This document shows, one piece after another, positions 63,233 to 64,000 of a stretch of DNA of 64,000 nucleotides; positions within the stretch are counted from its first letter, which is position 1, and each line of letters opens with the position of its first letter. Where the stretch lies: NCBI RefSeq assembly GCF_009914755.1, contig NC_060928.1; one strand, given 5' to 3'. The notes under the pieces were generated by a model. It did not search any database. It saw nothing but the letters and a program-made list of their open reading frames with translations, and had not been told where the DNA came from. Source of the stretch: the human T2T-CHM13v2.0 reference genome, Homo sapiens. A program made the position numbers and the translations under genes.

Positions 63233-63361
63233 ATGTTGCGTTTTCCGACCTGTTTCCCATCCTTCCGGGTGGTGGGAGAGAAGCAGCTCCCGCAGGAGAT
63301 TATTTTCCTGGTCTGGTCGCCCAAGCGGGATCTCATTGCTTTGGCCAACACAGCTGGCGAG
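63233..63361 (+). CDS. ANAPC4: ANAPC4 (APC4) first coding exon: MLRFPTCFPSFRVVGEKQLPQEIIFLVWSPKRDLIALANTAGE; gene continues beyond window
   Basis: Recognised APC4 N-terminal WD40 region (WSPKRDLIAL); strong donor gag|gtgagt at 63362; 129 nt. Confidence 0.95.
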
Positions 63362-64000
63362 GTGAGTGAGCCGGCGGGAGCCCGCCTGTGCTGGGTCTGC
63401 TCCCGGGGGGCCCAAGAACACCGAGCCCGAGCCTGTTCATTCGGGCCACAGGCGGCCGGAGCCTCAGTTTCCCCTTCTGCAGACATGGCTGGCCACCTGC
63501 TACCCCTTCCCTGCCTCCCAGGACGGCAGTAAACTTTAAGTATATATGCGAAAGGTGATGTCTGTGCTATTTTCGGTACTTTTATGGCTAAAGTAACAGT
63601 TTTCACACAGCTTAACACCGTCACGCAATCCTGCTTCCCCAAGTCTTCTTCACTCATTGGTTTATTAGTTAAATGAACTTTTTAAAAAAGCCCACTATGT
63701 GCTGCTCATGAGCTAGACATAATGGTAGATGCAGGGACCCTGCCCTAAGTTTGCTTACAGTTTTAATAGCAGTAGGAAGAGTTATTGTCAAACTTCAGCT
63801 GCAAATGTGCCTGCATGTAGCTGCCACACAGGATATATTTAAGAACCTGGCTTCTCTTGTCCACGTTTTATAGTACGGGTTGGATAACCACCCTCCACTA
63901 AAAATACCTTTAAATTGGACAAGGAAGGCATGCATTGGATTCCAGACAGAACGTGCATGGGTGTTATCAGCATTTCTTGTTCACATAAAACTTCATCGAG

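Larger units (their letters stand above)
62560..63530. promoter_or_regulatory. ANAPC4: CpG island / TATA-less promoter of ANAPC4
   Basis: Abrupt rise in GC and CpG density; several GCCCCGCCC boxes; TCTCGCGAGG (63004..63013); CCGGAAGTG ETS site (63025..63033). Confidence 0.9.

Noticed and set aside
62531-63657. Long ORFs of 296, 273, 225 and 159 aa on both strands
   Set aside because: They lie in the CpG island, where stop codons are rare; low-complexity Pro/Gly/Arg/Ala content and no recognisable domain.

Overview
Human-type (great ape) genomic DNA. The + strand carries the last 11 coding exons of ZCCHC4, the 28S rRNA m6A methyltransferase. I assembled them by hand through GT-AG junctions into an uninterrupted 1296-nt frame (431 aa + TAA) with the DPPF catalytic motif, a Cys/His-rich domain, a CCHC knuckle and a basic C-terminal tail. 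About 7 kb further on, a CpG-island promoter leads into the 5' UTR exon and first coding exon of ANAPC4 (APC/C subunit 4). The rest is intronic or intergenic DNA dense in Alu, L1, MaLR, DNA transposons and one sense-oriented, internally deleted HERV-S/HERVL18 (LTR18) provirus. Almost all ORFs in the supplied track are repeat-derived or GC-rich artefacts. I see no new multi-gene system. The most unusual structure is a near-identical ~330-bp copy of an Alu plus its unique flank, placed 2160 bp upstream of its source so that the two copies bracket a frame-shifting ZCCHC4 exon. Exon and residue numbers rely on my recollection of the 513-aa human protein, and repeat subfamily names are recognised by eye, not by search.
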